This document shows positions 62,861 through 64,000 of a DNA stretch of 64,000 bases, in pieces (the stretch's first letter is position 1; every line of letters begins with the position of its first letter). The DNA is taken from the NCBI GenBank assembly GCA_976551045.1, contig CDPCPM010000029.1:6758001-6822000 (forward strand). The letters are read 5' to 3'. The notes below the pieces were generated by a model. That model made no database searches. It was given only the letters and a program-made list of their open reading frames with translations, and was not told the origin of the DNA. The DNA comes from Glaucostegus cemiculus (Eukaryota). Both the position numbers and the translations under genes were made by a program.

Positions 62861-63309
62861 TATGTATACCGAATGCAAATAGCCAGAAACCTGAGGGAGA
62901 GAAAAGTCATTACTGAATAGTATCAAAATTTCAGGCACAATTTGCACTTGAATGGTCAATTTTACTCAAAGCAGGAACTCCAGCCCTATCTTCAGTACCA
63001 TTGTAGAACTTGTAAAAGAAAATTATCTTTCATGACCTTTGAATATACCAGTGATTGAAATCTTAGTTAAGTGCCATGCATGGTTTAAAAATCTATCCTT
63101 CACTGATCAGGTCTTCAAAGGAAATGTCAGTTTTCTTTCTTTTTTATTACAGTAGATATTGTATCCCCTTTGCTAGTTTATTCAATTGACTTGAAAAAGC
63201 CTCCCATTGAGAAATTAAATGTCTACAGCAGCAGTCAACATTTCATCAACTTTGTTCAACTGCACTGGCAGAGGCTTAATGTTTCCACTTAAACACTAAT
63301 TAAGTTTTG

Positions 63310-63690
63310 GATGTAATGTCTATCCCTCCAGGCATGACTTAAATTTTCTCAATGGAAATAGTGGATTTTCTTCCAGTGATTGCCTCAGTGACATCAGTCC
63401 ATTAGTAAGATATGGACTCAAAGTATTGCCAACTCATTTCCTACTTGTATGACAATATCCCAAAGGCTAAATTTGTAGCATTCCTGTCAAATGCAAAAAC
63501 ATAACATCTGGCAGCTCAGTCACCTCAGGGAACTACTCTAGTGTTGTCCCCTGTTTTACTGAAAGATTTTTTTCTCTACGTTTTTGCAAAGAAATTTGCC
63601 TACTCCTCCTCCTTACTCAAAACCTTCTCCTATTCCATGAATGAAGACTTTTCTTCTATGCCCCGCCACACATTTCATGGTTCAAATATC
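63310..63690 (-). mobile_element. Very old CR1 ORF2 fragment
   Basis: A reversed VVPE...-like remnant near 63505-63545 and surrounding degenerate similarity. Confidence 0.4.
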
Positions 63691-64000
63691 ATTGTTTTTT
63701 TCTATAGTGGACTGCAATAAGCTTGATAGAAGTTTATTTGGTGTTTACTTGTAAGGGGATTGTAAATGATGAGTATTACATTAGTGCTATGATCTACCAA
63801 AGCTAAGATAAGGAATTACTATATTTATTTTGTTTACAGATTTTCATAATACAGGTACCAGTCAAGTTATCATTTCTACAGCCAGCATCAATCTTGTGCC
63901 ACATCAATATTCACTCCGGTTAAGATAAGTATCAAATTGATTCCTTTCTGGCACAAATGAGTTGTTAACTTCCACATTTCTTTGATTTTTTTTCTTAAAT

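Noticed and set aside
63153-63292. Strong acceptor followed by about 45 open codons and a stop
   Set aside because: Needs a phase-1 start, which does not fit the exon chain. No donor, no nearby poly(A) signal and no recognisable peptide.
1-64000. CRISPR arrays, operons, or prokaryotic defence/retron systems
   Set aside because: No regularly spaced repeats or gene-dense regions. All RT motifs belong to eukaryotic non-LTR retrotransposons.

Overview
This is eukaryotic (vertebrate) nuclear DNA, AT-rich and mostly intronic or intergenic. The repeat repertoire (V-SINE/HE1-type and Deu-domain/SacSINE1-type SINEs, plus CR1, Rex1/Babar and RTE LINEs) points to a cartilaginous fish, probably a ray or sawfish; this is inference. 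No intact transposon, tRNA, rRNA or CRISPR array was found. Almost every ORF in the supplied track is a LINE fragment, the antisense shadow of one, or a chance ORF. Features read directly from the sequence: three large CR1 copies, one keeping an SGNH-esterase ORF1 remnant; several Rex1/Babar and RTE fragments; four solo LTRs bounded by TG..CA with 5-bp target-site duplications; two Tigger/pogo-like MITEs; three decayed PIF/Harbinger transposase fossils and an intron-containing Myb/SANT partner-gene fossil; and two small templated rearrangements. In the unique DNA, a chain of 4-6 + strand exon candidates splices in frame into a peptide I cannot assign to any known family. It is the best lead in the window but remains unproven. 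Family assignments rest on recalled motifs, not database searches.
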